Assembly (NCBI GenBank): GCA_963758915.1 | Contig: CAVWXH010000016.1 | Span: 192,001 to 256,000 of the forward strand | Length of the DNA stretch: 64,000 nt | Source: an uncultured Methanomicrobiales archaeon | GTDB taxonomy: Archaea; Halobacteriota; Methanomicrobia; Methanomicrobiales; Methanospirillaceae | Reading direction: 5' to 3' | Part shown: in pieces, positions 20,520-31,455 of the stretch | How the letters are laid out: each line of letters starts with the position of its first letter | Position numbering within the stretch: position 1 is the stretch's first letter | Notes under the pieces: model-generated | What the model was told of the DNA's origin: nothing | Databases searched by the model: none | Seen by the model: only the letters and a program-made list of their open reading frames with translations | Position numbers and translations under genes: made by a program

Positions 20520-20527
20520 TTACCAGA

Positions 20528-21731
20528 TTATGCACGTTCCCCGTGCTGGGATAGATCAAGTCCCACATACTCCTCTTCCTCAGTCACCCGCAAGCCCAGG
20601 TACTTGTCTATAACTTTTGCCAATACCCAGGTCAGGCCAAATGAATAGACCATAATGAACAGGGCCCCGCCAACCTGGATGAGAAACTGGTAGACATTTC
20701 CATAAATCAGGCCCGTATAACTGTTGATCGCAGCGGAGGCAAAAATACCGACTGCAATTGTCCCCCAGAGCCCTCCTATTCCATGGACTGACCAGGCATC
20801 AAGGCTTTCATCCATACCCTTGTTGATACGCCAGAGCATCGTCCGGTAACAGAGAATTCCTGCGACTGCTCCAATCAGGATTGAGACCAGAGGCCCTACA
20901 TATCCTGCGCAGGGTGTAATTGCACCGAGACCTGCAATCGCCCCGCTCACCATTCCAAGAGAACTGGGATGACCACCTGATCCACGATGCAAACAACCAT
21001 GCGAGTGCCCCGGCAGCGGCTGAGGTATTAGTGACAACGAGGGCATTAACAGCAAGACCGTTTGCTGCGAGCGTGCTCCCCCCATTGAAACCGAACCAGC
21101 CGAACCATAACAGTCCGGCACCAAGGAGGGTCATGGGAATATTGTGAGCTTCCATCGCGTAGGTCCCGAAACCCGCTCTTTTACCGATTACTATTGCAAT
21201 AGCGAGAGCTGAAAACCCTGCAGTAATATGGACAACTGAACCGCCTGCAAAATCAAGGAATCCAAGTGAGCTCAGCCATCCGCCTCCCCAGACCCAGTGT
21301 GCAACAGGGTCATATACGAGTGTAGTCCAGAGGAGTGCAAACAGGATGAATGAGCTCAATTTGACCCGTTCAGCCATACCTGATGTCACGATTGCCATGG
21401 TAACAGCGGCGAACATCAGCTGGTAAGCCATAAAGAGGAGACCTGGAATTGCAACACTGTAGGGGCCAGGTTCCATCCCAACACCTTCGAGTCCTACCAG
21501 GGTAAGATTTCCCATGGCCCCTGATACATCTCCACCAAATGCGATTGAATATCCAATGATAATCCACTGGATACTCACCAGCGCGAATGCCACGAACGAC
21601 ATCGCGACCATGGAGATGAAATTCTTCTTACGAACAAGACCCCCGTAAAAAAGCCCGACACCTGGTGTCATCAGCATCACTAAGGCGGTTGATGCGAGGA
21701 GCCACGCGGTATCTCCACTGTCAATTGCCAT
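20528..21731 (-). pseudogene. amt: Ammonium transporter (copy 2), split by a 1-nt frameshift near 20975 (possible sequencing error)
   Basis: ORFs 20808-21731 and 20528-21124 join into a full Amt (ASWIR|GHPSSLG, compare [12 protein letters not shown] in copy 1) if one base is removed. Confidence 0.85.
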
Positions 21732-22056
21732 CTATATCATCACCTGAATTTTCTGCGAAATTACTCTGCCTGGAACATTCTTCCGGTCCCTTCTTCCGGT
21801 CACGGTGCCACATACATTGGTCCGGATGATTTTTGCAATACCGGGAGATGTCGCATCCATGTTCAAAATCCTCCATGGAAACATGTAACGAAACAAGGCT
21901 CCTTTTACAGGTTACCAGGGAAATTATTGGAGCACTTGCAGTATATTCCATTTCAAACCAGGTTCCATTATCGATCGATAATTGATTACGCAAAGGTGCA
22001 ATGCAGCCACCTGTTTCGGGGAGATGTTCTTCGGTATCATGGCCATGTGGCTTCAT
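21721..22056 (-). CDS. Hypothetical Cys/His-rich protein upstream of amt2
   Basis: 111-aa ORF overlapping the amt2 start and lying downstream of a promoter-like element. Confidence 0.4.
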   Translation of the reverse strand: MKPHGHDTEEHLPETGGCIAPLRNQLSIDNGTWFEMEYTASAPIISLVTCKRSLVSLHVSMEDFEHGCDISRYCKNHPDQCMWHRDRKKGPEECSRQSNFAENSGDDIDGN

Positions 22057-22100
22057 GGGTCATTCCGGTTTTTTTGTCTGATTACTTTCTATCATAGGAA

Positions 22101-22126
22101 GGATCCTATTTACCTATCTATTAATA
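22101..22126 (-). promoter_or_regulatory. amt2 operon promoter with degenerate NrpR-like operator
   Basis: GGAT-CCTATT-TACC at 22101-22114 next to TATTAATA at 22119-22126. Confidence 0.4.
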
Positions 22127-22154
22127 TTTTTCTATTTTGGCGAAATAAAAAAAA

Positions 22155-23487
22155 TTAATAGTTTGCCAGGTAGCGCTCGAGTTCCCATGGGTGGACGGCG
22201 AGACGGAAGGCATCAGATTCCATCTGTGCGGTGCTGGTGAGACTGTCCATAATATGTCCGCCAAGAGTTTTTGTGAGGACTTTATCCTTCATCAGGTGCT
22301 CGTGCGATTCCGTGAGGCTTCCCGGGAGCATTTCAATACCCATTTTCTCCCGTTCTGCTGTAGTCAGGTGGTAAATGTTCTTGTCTGTTGCATCAGGGGG
22401 CATAATCTTATTCCTGACACCATCGAGACCAGCGGCAAGCATGCAGGCAAACATGAGATAGGGGTTGCACATCGGGTCGGGGCTGCGGAATTCTGCACGT
22501 GTACCATTGCCACGGGCAGCGGGGACCCTCACAAGTGCTGACCGGTTAGCATCGCTCCAGGTGATATAACATGGTGCTTCATATCCGGGGACGAGCCGTT
22601 TATACGAATTAATCGTCGGGTTTGCGACCCTTGTAATGGCCTTTGCGTGTTTCAGAAGCCCGCCGATATAATAAAGAGCGATATCACTCAGTTGTTTCGG
22701 GGCCTTTGGGATCGAAGAATGAATTCTTTCCGTCTTTAGAAAGCGACCCGTGTGTATGCATACCGCTGCCATTGATCCCACCGATTGGCTTTGCCATAAA
22801 GGATGCATGGAGGCCATGTTTCAGGGCAATTGCCTTTGTTGCAAATTTCTGGGTCATGATCTGATCGGCGGTGGTGACCGCGTCCCGGTACTTGAAATTG
22901 ATCTCGTGCTGGCTTGCTGCTACTTCGTGGTGGGACATCTCGATCTCAAATCCCATCTCGGTGAGCGCCATCACGATTTCCCGGCGAACATTCTCCCCCT
23001 TGTCATTCGGGGCAAGATCGAAATAACAGCCCTGGTCGGAGAACTGGGTTGATGGTTTTCCATCCACCATGTTGAACAGGAAAAATTCAAGTTCGGGACC
23101 TGTGTTGAAGGAGAAACCCATCTTTGCGGCTTCATCCATTGTCTTTTTCAGGATATACCGTGGGTCCCCTTCGAATGGTTTGTTCCCATACGTGTATACA
23201 TCGCAGACGAACCGTGCAACACGGGTATCATTAGATCTCCAGGGCAGAACTGTGTAAGACGCCGTATCAGGTTTTAAAAGCATATCGGATTCTTCAATCC
23301 GGGTGAAGCCTTCAATAGAAGAACCGTCAAACCAGATTCCCTCCGTGAGGGCTTTTTCTACCTGTTCAACAGGTATTGCGGCATTCTTTGGTTGCCCCTG
23401 CACATCGGTAAACTGGAGGCGTACAAACTTTACAAGGTCTGCATCGATACGCTCGAGCATCTGGTCAACATCTTTCTTGCTTGACAT
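22155..23487 (-). CDS. glnA: Glutamine synthetase type I, split by a 1-nt frameshift near 22703 (probable sequencing error)
   Basis: FDGSSIEGF, ELEFF, HHEVA, NGSGMH in ORF 22684-23487; NSYKRLVPGYEAP, NRSALVRVP, EFRSPD in ORF 22155-22817. Confidence 0.92.
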
Positions 23488-23623
23488 TATGAATAACTAA
23501 ACCCTGACATTATTTATATTTACTTACCCTGGTTTACAACCTTTATCTAATATTTTCGGCTATTTTTAGAAACAGGCTATAATACAATCTTATTTTTTAA
23601 ATTGAATGATTTTAATGGTGGAA

Positions 23624-23637
23624 GGATATTTCTATCC
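23624..23637. promoter_or_regulatory. Palindromic NrpR-like operator in the glnA/glt divergent region
   Basis: GGAT-ATTTCT-ATCC, a perfect 4-6-4 inverted repeat beside an AT-rich TATA-like tract. Confidence 0.5.
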
Positions 23638-23821
23638 TTAATATTTATTATACACTGAAGGGATTAGATCCATAAATTCATGTATTCCAGGGAAATTTCC
23701 AAAACATATGAGTACTAAATCGATGGAAGTTAACTGTACCCCATCTGTGAGATTTATCAACGAGCAAATCAAATTATAGTGAACCCTATAATAATCAGCC
23801 ATCAGGGCATACGTGGTAACA

Positions 23822-24874
23822 ATGTGTGGCATAATTGGTGTTATTGACAGGAAACGCGAATTGATGGATGGCTCCTCAATAAAGCAGGCCCTATCCAGAA
23901 TGGATGAACGGGGCAGCGGAGAGGGGGCGGGTTATGTTGCGTATGGCGTGTTCCCCGAGTTCAAGAATTACTATGCGATTCATGTCTTTTTTGATAATAT
24001 ACATGAATCCAAAGGTTCTGTTGACAGCTTGCTATCTGAGTGGGGGACCGTTGTCCATGATGAGGAAATTCCAACCAGTGACCACGCAAAGATCAGGAAA
24101 GTCCACACTCCCTGGAGATATTTCTTCAAACCTGATGCAACACTGATGCCCCGCAGTACCGCACCTGAAGAGGATATCGTGACACATATTGTCATGAAAG
24201 TGAATACAACGATGCCAGGCGTCCTGGTTTTCTCTTCCGGTAAAAATATCGGCGTATTCAAGGCTTCCGGATGGCCGGAAGATGTAGCCGATTTCTACAA
24301 AATTAACGAGTATAAAGGATATATCTGGCTTGGCCACAACCGGTACCCTACGAATACACCCGGATGGTGGGGTGGTGCTCACCCGTTCAATCTCCTGAAC
24401 TGGAGTGTCGTCCATAATGGGGAAATTACTTCGTACGGCACCAACCGGCGTTATATTGAGAGCTATGGGTACCAGTGCACGATGTTTACCGATACCGAAG
24501 TTGTCGCATACCTGGTTGACCTCCTCGTGCGCAGGCACGGTTTATCTGCCGAAATGGCGGTAAAGGCTCTGGCGCCCCCGTTCTGGGATGAAATTGACCG
24601 CATGCCTGAAAAGGAACGCCTGCTCAATACCGCGATACGACTGACATATGGTCCGGCGCTCATGAACGGTCCGTTTGCAATTGTTGTGGCAAATGAAAAC
24701 TCAATTGTCGGATTTACAGACAGGATAAAACTACGCCCGCTTGTTTCCGGTGAACATGGCAACCGTCTCTATATATCGAGCGAAGAAGCGGCAATCAGGA
24801 CAATGGAACCTGAGGTTGAACGTATTATGATGCCAAGGGCCGGATCGCCCGTAATCGGGAGGCTGATCGCATGA
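23822..24874 (+). CDS. Glutamate synthase amidotransferase subunit (GltB1-type, class II GATase)
   Basis: N-terminal MCGI, HNRYPTNT, AHPF, HNGEI, TDTE, DRIKLRP. Confidence 0.92.
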   Translation: MCGIIGVIDRKRELMDGSSIKQALSRMDERGSGEGAGYVAYGVFPEFKNYYAIHVFFDNIHESKGSVDSLLSEWGTVVHDEEIPTSDHAKIRKVHTPWRYFFKPDATLMPRSTAPEEDIVTHIVMKVNTTMPGVLVFSSGKNIGVFKASGWPEDVADFYKINEYKGYIWLGHNRYPTNTPGWWGGAHPFNLLNWSVVHNGEITSYGTNRRYIESYGYQCTMFTDTEVVAYLVDLLVRRHGLSAEMAVKALAPPFWDEIDRMPEKERLLNTAIRLTYGPALMNGPFAIVVANENSIVGFTDRIKLRPLVSGEHGNRLYISSEEAAIRTMEPEVERIMMPRAGSPVIGRLIA

Positions 24875-26382
24875 GTATCGGCACTGTACCGATGAAATTC
24901 CGGGTGAGTATTGACCAGGAACAGTGCATGGCATGTGGACGTTGTGTTGAAAACTGTTCATACGGGGTATTCCGGATGGAGAACGGCGTTGTCCGGGTCA
25001 GTCCCAGACATTGTGTCGCCTGTCACCGGTGTCTTGCGATGTGCCCGCGGGACGCTATATCTATCGAAGAGCGACCTGTTGATTACAGGACTCACCCGCT
25101 CTGGACGACCGGGGTGAAGGAAGCGATATTCAACCAGGCACGGACCGGAAAAATTATTGTCGCCGGAATGGGCAATGCCCTCCCGTACCCGGTCATCTTC
25201 GATCGGCTGGTACTGGATGCATGCCAGGTCACGAACCCGAGTATCGACCCCCTGCGTGAACCAATGGAGTTACGGACTTACTTAGGGAAAAAACCCTCGC
25301 ACCTCGATCTTCTGACAAAGGGAAACGGGGATGTCGAGTTAATGTCAGCCCTTGTCCCGAATCTCATGTTAGAGACCCCGATTATGATCGGGCACATGAG
25401 TTATGGTGCAATCAGCCTCAATGCCCAGACAAGCCTCGCAAAAGCAGTGAGTGAAATCGGAACCTTCATGGGAACAGGTGAAGGAGGGCTCCATGAGAGC
25501 CTCTACCCGTACCAGGGTAACATGATTGTGCAGGTGGCTTCAGGCCGCTTTGGTGTGGATATCAATTACCTTGAACGCGGCGCCGCAATAGAAATTAAAA
25601 TCGGTCAGGGAGCTAAACCCGGGATAGGCGGGCACCTGCCCGGGGAAAAAGTCAATAAGGAGGTCTCGGTTACCCGGATGATCCCGGAAGGAAGCGATGC
25701 AATCAGTCCGGCACCGCATCATGATATTTACAGTATCGAAGACCTCAAGCAACTTGTCCGGGGTTTAAAGGAAGCAACCGAGTGGAAGAAACCTGTCTTC
25801 GTCAAGATTGCCGCGGTGCATAATTCAGCAGCCATTGCAGCTGGCATCGCCCGGTCTTCTGCGGATGCAATTGTTATAGACGGCTTCCGCGGGGGGACCG
25901 GTGCAGCACCCCGGGTGTTCCGGGACCATGTGGGGATACCGGTGGAAGCAGCTATTGCGAGTGTCGATGCAAAGCTCCGTCAGCAGGGTATCCGGAATGA
26001 GGTATCCATTATCGCGAGTGGCGGGATCCGTGAAAGTGCCGATGTTGCGAAAATCATTGCACTAGGGGCTGATGCAGTATATATCGGTACAGCTGCGTTA
26101 ATTGCCCTCGGGTGCCGGGTATGCGGGACCTGCAATCGAGGTGTCTGTGCATGGGGGATAGCGACACAGCGGGCCGATCTCGTGAGCAGGCTGGACCCTG
26201 AAACCGGTTCAATACAGGTAGCCAACCTCATCCACGGCTGGACCGACGAACTTGCTGAGCTGATGGGTGCAGCAGGAATCAACAGTATCGAGAGTCTCCG
26301 GGGTAACAGGGACCGTTTAAGAAGTTACATGCTCGATGAAGCGCTGATGACCGTGCTTGATGTGAAATCAGTAGGTGCGTGA
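24871..26382 (+). CDS. Glutamate synthase FMN subunit with N-terminal 2x[4Fe-4S] domain (GltB2-type)
   Basis: Two CxxCxxCxxxC motifs, MSYGAIS, TGEGG, QVASGRFG, KIGQGAKPGIGGHLP. Confidence 0.93.
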   Translation: MSIGTVPMKFRVSIDQEQCMACGRCVENCSYGVFRMENGVVRVSPRHCVACHRCLAMCPRDAISIEERPVDYRTHPLWTTGVKEAIFNQARTGKIIVAGMGNALPYPVIFDRLVLDACQVTNPSIDPLREPMELRTYLGKKPSHLDLLTKGNGDVELMSALVPNLMLETPIMIGHMSYGAISLNAQTSLAKAVSEIGTFMGTGEGGLHESLYPYQGNMIVQVASGRFGVDINYLERGAAIEIKIGQGAKPGIGGHLPGEKVNKEVSVTRMIPEGSDAISPAPHHDIYSIEDLKQLVRGLKEATEWKKPVFVKIAAVHNSAAIAAGIARSSADAIVIDGFRGGTGAAPRVFRDHVGIPVEAAIASVDAKLRQQGIRNEVSIIASGGIRESADVAKIIALGADAVYIGTAALIALGCRVCGTCNRGVCAWGIATQRADLVSRLDPETGSIQVANLIHGWTDELAELMGAAGINSIESLRGNRDRLRSYMLDEALMTVLDVKSVGA

Positions 26383-27128
26383 GTCGAATGAAAACTGTCG
26401 AGATCGATGCGAAAGACCTCCATTATACCCCGTTGAACCAGCAGATCCGGAAAGCCGTAAGTGAAGGGGCAAAGGAGATAACCATCATTAATATTATGGG
26501 GCAACGGTTTATCGCGGATGGGTTAAAAGGCCGGGTATCGCTTCTCCTCCATGGGGTCGCCGGTGGGGACCTTGGGATGTTCATGAGCGGGCCGGATGTT
26601 ACGTTGTATGGCAATGCCGACCATGCACCTGGTAATACGATGGATGCCGGCTCTATCGTCATCCATGGGAGTGCAGGGGATGCAGTTTCCCATAGTATGC
26701 GGGGGGGTAAAGTATTTGTCCGTGATAGTATCGGTTATCGTGGTGGCATCCATATGAAGCAATATCTGGACAAGTGCCCGTTACTCGTCCTGGGTGGTTC
26801 GGCACGTTCATTCCTTGGTGAATATATGGCCGGGGGCCTGATCCTGGTCCTCAGGCAGTTCCCTGATTCCATGAATGAAGAACGTGGTATCGGGAGTGGA
26901 ATTCATGGCGGAGAGATATTTATCAGGGGTGAGATTGGCGATGACTGTCTCGGGGTTGGTACAAAAAAAGATATTTGCAGAAGTGGGGAAATTAACCGGA
27001 TAACCCCGTTTATCCACGAGTTTGCAGAAAAATTCGGCATCGATCCTGCTCCGTTTCTGAAATCGGAATACACACGGATATCTCCGGCAAGTGCACGGCC
27101 ATTTGCAAATAAATATACTTGGGAGTAG
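26379..27128 (+). CDS. Glutamate synthase GXGXG subunit (GltB3-type)
   Basis: GQRFI, GNTMDAG, GEYMAGG beta-helix repeats. Confidence 0.88.
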   Translation: MSRMKTVEIDAKDLHYTPLNQQIRKAVSEGAKEITIINIMGQRFIADGLKGRVSLLLHGVAGGDLGMFMSGPDVTLYGNADHAPGNTMDAGSIVIHGSAGDAVSHSMRGGKVFVRDSIGYRGGIHMKQYLDKCPLLVLGGSARSFLGEYMAGGLILVLRQFPDSMNEERGIGSGIHGGEIFIRGEIGDDCLGVGTKKDICRSGEINRITPFIHEFAEKFGIDPAPFLKSEYTRISPASARPFANKYTWE

Positions 27129-27136
27129 TGGTATCA

Positions 27137-28159
27137 ATGGCACATAAAACATACCAGGACTTAAAAAAAGAAGTATGGGAAACCGGAATTTGTTCGGGAT
27201 GCGGGGGCTGTGTTGCAGTATGTCCGGCAGATGCAATAACATTTCGTGAAAGTGGCGATACCTCAGCCCCGGTGCAGTCCGGATATTGTAAGCAGGTAAC
27301 AGACGGTGTGGCATGTGGTGCGTGTTATGCAGTCTGCCCAAGAACTGTTCCCCCTGCTACCGCAACCCTTGGGAATTATATTGACCTTCTCGCAGCAAAA
27401 ACAACCCGCGATATCCCCAGAAGGCAAAGCGGTGGAGCGGTGACGGGAATTCTCGCGCATGCACTTGATACCGGGATGATCGATGCGGTGGTAACCATAG
27501 GCGAAGACCGGTTTACAATGAGACCTGTATCAGTCGTCATTACTTCCAGTGAACAATTAATACACGAGGCCGGTAGCCGGTACAGCTGGTGGGTCCCGTT
27601 TCTCGCTGCGCTTAAAACCGCAGTTGTAAACCGCAAATACAATAAGATTGCAATTGTCGGTGTACCTTGTACCGTGCAGGCAGTCTCAAGGATAAGGACC
27701 TCTGATAATGACCTTTTAAAACCGTATGCCCGCTCCATCCGCCTGGTTATCGGGTTATTCTGTACTGAAAGTTTCGACTACGAATCACTTGTCGGTAAGA
27801 AACTCAAATCCGAGCATAACATAGCGACGTGGGAGATAAAAAAACTCGATGTCCGAGGGAAACTCGAAGTGACCATGAAAGACGGGAGCACGTTTTCATT
27901 CCCTATGAAAGAACTTGATGAAGCGGTACGGACAGGTTGCCATCATTGCACTGATACCACCGCGCTCTTCTCTGATATTTCCGCAGGGTCTGTAGGAAGT
28001 CCAGAAGGATATACCACCCTGATTGTAAGAAACCTTATTGGAAAATCATTCCTTGAAAGTGCTGTGCAGGCCGGTGATCTGGATATATCCGGGGATGTCG
28101 ATCCGGGTGCAATCGAAAAGCTGGCATCCACAAAGATCCGGAAAAATTCTGTCAGCTAA
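27137..28159 (+). CDS. FrhB/FdhB-family F420-binding subunit with N-terminal ferredoxin domain
   Basis: CSGCGGCVAVCP, CGACYAVCP, QSGGAVT, VGVPC, IGLFC, DISAGSVGS. Confidence 0.9.
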   Translation: MAHKTYQDLKKEVWETGICSGCGGCVAVCPADAITFRESGDTSAPVQSGYCKQVTDGVACGACYAVCPRTVPPATATLGNYIDLLAAKTTRDIPRRQSGGAVTGILAHALDTGMIDAVVTIGEDRFTMRPVSVVITSSEQLIHEAGSRYSWWVPFLAALKTAVVNRKYNKIAIVGVPCTVQAVSRIRTSDNDLLKPYARSIRLVIGLFCTESFDYESLVGKKLKSEHNIATWEIKKLDVRGKLEVTMKDGSTFSFPMKELDEAVRTGCHHCTDTTALFSDISAGSVGSPEGYTTLIVRNLIGKSFLESAVQAGDLDISGDVDPGAIEKLASTKIRKNSVS

Positions 28160-28362
28160 TTTTTTTTATGGAGGGAACGTTTTCGGTTTTAGGACCACGT
28201 TTGATAATGTTAAAAAATGCATAGATGATAGAACTTACAGGTTCTGTCAATTCCTTCAGATATTATATCATTACAGCATCAATAGTAATCATAAACAGGA
28301 AATTTTCCGTTACCGGATATTTCCTTTGAAAAAACAAAAGCAATATTTAACAGTGGTAAACT

Positions 28363-30192
28363 ATGAAAATTCGTGCAATACTGTCAATATTTCTAACCCT
28401 CCTTATCCTTGCGGGATTTTCTTGTGCAAATACAGCCAGTGCTTCATCGGCACTTCCTGTAATGGTAAAGGCTGATAGCACCTGTATTGCTCCTTTTAGT
28501 TCTGCCTATAATAACTGGCTCAATACCAGGTCTGCAGTACCATGTGAAGTGCAGGAAGAGCACGGTCTGGGTCTGATTCCTTCACCTGTTGACCTGTTTG
28601 GAGCAACGGATTCAGGAACCTGGGCTAATAATGCAAATACACCTGCCGTTGTCGGTTATGCTTTGCAGAGGGGCACGGGGGGAGTGCAACCCACCAGTAC
28701 AACTGTTACGGCAACTGCGGGCTCTGATCGCTATGATCTCCGTACGCTTGGAAAGTTATCCCCGATCAAAAACCAGGGGCAGGACGGGAATTGCTGGGCT
28801 TTTGCATCCACGGCATCGCTGGAATCGTCCCTGTTACCTGCTGAAAGGTATGATTTTTCTGAGAATAATGAAAAGAACCTTCACGGTTTCGATGTGCCTA
28901 TAAACCTGGGTGGAAATGATTTTATGGCGACGGCATACCTGGCCCGCTGGTCAGGTCCGGTATCAGAAGCTGCGGATCCGTATTCTTACGGTACAACGGT
29001 CTCTGCATCAGGGTCTCCAGCTGAGAAACATGTCCAGGAAGTATTTTTTATTCCCACCCGGAGGGAACCTCTTGACAATGACCTGATTAAGTCCGCAGTC
29101 AGGCAATATGGTGCAGTATATTCCACATTACGGTATGAATCCTCTTACTTCACTCCACGCACCGCAGCATATTACTACCCCGGCTCAGGCGGATTTAATC
29201 ATGCCGTTGATATTGTCGGATGGGATGACGGTTATTCATCCGGGAATTTCGATAACCCTCCCCCCGGGGACGGTGCATTCATCGCCAGGAACAGCTGGGG
29301 CACGACATGGGGTGACGCAGGATATTTCTACATCTCGTATTATGATACCCGCATAGGCAGGGATAATGCGATGTTTACTGCCGAGTCACCAAATAATTAT
29401 TCACGGGTATACCAGTATGACCCACTGGGGTGGGTTGCAAATTTCGGTTTCGGTAGTGATACAGCATATTATGCAAATGTTTTTACCTCTGCCGGAAATG
29501 AACAGCTGAAGGCAGTCGGGTTCTATACATCGGCAACAAATACGGAATATGAGGTAAAGGTGTTTATGAATCCGGATAACGGACCGATCAGTTCCGGTGG
29601 TTATGTGTCAGAAAAGAATGGGACGATCAGTCTTCCCGGGTACCATACTATCCGTCTCGATAACCAGGTGAGCCTTAAAAAGGGTGACCGTTTCTCAGTC
29701 GCGGTTAAGGTGGTATCAGCCGGATGGACTACACCAGTGGCGATAGAATTACCAATAAGCGGGTATTCTGCTGGAGCCACAGCCTCGTCCGGCCAGAGTT
29801 ACATCAGCAGCAATGGTGCAGGGTGGACTGATCTCACGTTGTCCCAGCCGAACACGAATGTTTGTTTAAAGGCATTCACCAGTTCGGGTTCAACTCCTGT
29901 AGCCGTAACCAAACCCGCTTCCACTGGATGGCAAACGCTAAAAAACCTTACCCGGCCTTCATCCACTGTTAAAAGCAATGTTGCCCGGGTTTATCTGAAT
30001 ACAGGCCCTGTTAATCAGTCAAATCCGGTCAGCCGGGTACTCGCCGGGCAGGTATATCCCCGGAACACTCTCCAGTCATTTGCACCGGCACCAGAATCTT
30101 ACATTTCCAGGTACCGGATGATTGCGGGAAATGTGTCATCATCAGGCAGTCCCGCTGAGAAGCTCCTCGCAATGTACCAGGGTTCTGATTGA
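28363..30192 (+). CDS. Secreted papain-like (C1A) cysteine protease with lectin-like domain
   Basis: Signal peptide, QGQDGNCWAF (catalytic Cys), NHAV (His), NSWG (Asn). Confidence 0.9.
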   Translation: MKIRAILSIFLTLLILAGFSCANTASASSALPVMVKADSTCIAPFSSAYNNWLNTRSAVPCEVQEEHGLGLIPSPVDLFGATDSGTWANNANTPAVVGYALQRGTGGVQPTSTTVTATAGSDRYDLRTLGKLSPIKNQGQDGNCWAFASTASLESSLLPAERYDFSENNEKNLHGFDVPINLGGNDFMATAYLARWSGPVSEAADPYSYGTTVSASGSPAEKHVQEVFFIPTRREPLDNDLIKSAVRQYGAVYSTLRYESSYFTPRTAAYYYPGSGGFNHAVDIVGWDDGYSSGNFDNPPPGDGAFIARNSWGTTWGDAGYFYISYYDTRIGRDNAMFTAESPNNYSRVYQYDPLGWVANFGFGSDTAYYANVFTSAGNEQLKAVGFYTSATNTEYEVKVFMNPDNGPISSGGYVSEKNGTISLPGYHTIRLDNQVSLKKGDRFSVAVKVVSAGWTTPVAIELPISGYSAGATASSGQSYISSNGAGWTDLTLSQPNTNVCLKAFTSSGSTPVAVTKPASTGWQTLKNLTRPSSTVKSNVARVYLNTGPVNQSNPVSRVLAGQVYPRNTLQSFAPAPESYISRYRMIAGNVSSSGSPAEKLLAMYQGSD

Positions 30193-30471
30193 GAAACCGC
30201 AAAGTCCCTTCGGGTATTGCGACCTGTCAGCACTATGGTCCCCGATAAAAACCCGGAAGATCCCTGATTTTTTGGTAGTTGGCGAACGATTATCATCCTG
30301 TTTTCATAATAGTGTAGGTATATCTACCGTTGCGGCAACACCCCTGCAACTCTAATACGTGAAAGCTATTCGACTAAGTCCAAATAAAAAAGTGTTTCAC
30401 CACGAGTGTCCAGGTCTCCGGAAAATATGTTATTCAGGCAGGTGAACCAGATTCCGTCAAAGCGGGAAAAG

Positions 30472-31455
30472 ATGAAAAATAATCTCAGTAAAGGTTGCCG
30501 TCTCTGTCAAAAAGGAGCGAAAATGGTCCTTTTTGTCACCGGGATATGTCACCGTACCTGTTGGTATTGCCCGCTATCGGGCGAGAGAAAAGGAAAAGAT
30601 CTAACGTATGCCAATGAATGGATGATTGAAAGCCCGGAGGAAGCGATTGATGTGGCACATCGCATGAGTGCCCTTGGAACAGGAGTAACCGGAGGAGAAC
30701 CGCTCGCACGACCGGAGCGGGTAATCACCTATTGTTCACGATTAAAGGAAGAATTCGGGCCCGAACACCAGATACACCTCTATACCGGACTTGCGCCCGA
30801 CAGTGAAATGCTTAACCGCCTGGCAGGTATTGTCGATGAAATCCGGTTTCATCCACCAGAGGAGGTTTGGGATACTATCCTGACAAGTGATTATGTGGAA
30901 TCTGCCGTGAACGCAAAAGAGATGGGATTTGATATCGGCTTTGAAGTCCCGGCCCTTCCCGAAGTCGGTGTCCTCGGCCAGGCACTCCCTGTACTTGACT
31001 TCCTTAATATTAATGAGTTGGAATGGGGAGGTAACAATGCTGACGGAATGCGTGAACGTAACTATTCGCTCGAGGACGGGCTTCATAACGCAATAGAAGG
31101 AGCAAGGGAATGGGCCTCTCTTATCAGCAAAGAGGAAAAGGTCCATTTTTGCTCCTCCTCGTTCAAGGACTCAGTTCAGCTCAGAAAGCGGTTAATCCGC
31201 ATAGCCAGGAATACCGCCCGATCTTTTGATCATGTCACGAGGGACGGGACGATTATTTACGGTAATCTGGTGCCGGGTGAAAAAGATCGGGAATGGCTTA
31301 AAAGACTGAAAACAGGATCGTTTGAAGACCAGGGAGACCATGTTGAACTTTCATGGAGGGTACTGCGTTCCAGTGCAGAAACGCTTTCAGGTGAGAGTTG
31401 TATTATTGAACGGTACCCTGACCGGGGCATTATTGTCGAGGTGACACCAATTTGA
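30472..31455 (+). CDS. Radical SAM protein (archaeal family)
   Basis: CHRTCWYC motif, TGGEP, N-terminal GCRLC. Confidence 0.88.
   Translation: MKNNLSKGCRLCQKGAKMVLFVTGICHRTCWYCPLSGERKGKDLTYANEWMIESPEEAIDVAHRMSALGTGVTGGEPLARPERVITYCSRLKEEFGPEHQIHLYTGLAPDSEMLNRLAGIVDEIRFHPPEEVWDTILTSDYVESAVNAKEMGFDIGFEVPALPEVGVLGQALPVLDFLNINELEWGGNNADGMRERNYSLEDGLHNAIEGAREWASLISKEEKVHFCSSSFKDSVQLRKRLIRIARNTARSFDHVTRDGTIIYGNLVPGEKDREWLKRLKTGSFEDQGDHVELSWRVLRSSAETLSGESCIIERYPDRGIIVEVTPI

Noticed and set aside
22690-22715. Programmed ribosomal frameshift in glnA (CCCAAAG)
   Set aside because: The heptamer is not in the X_XXY_YYZ phase and the required shift is +1; similar indels hit unrelated genes, so assembly error is simpler.
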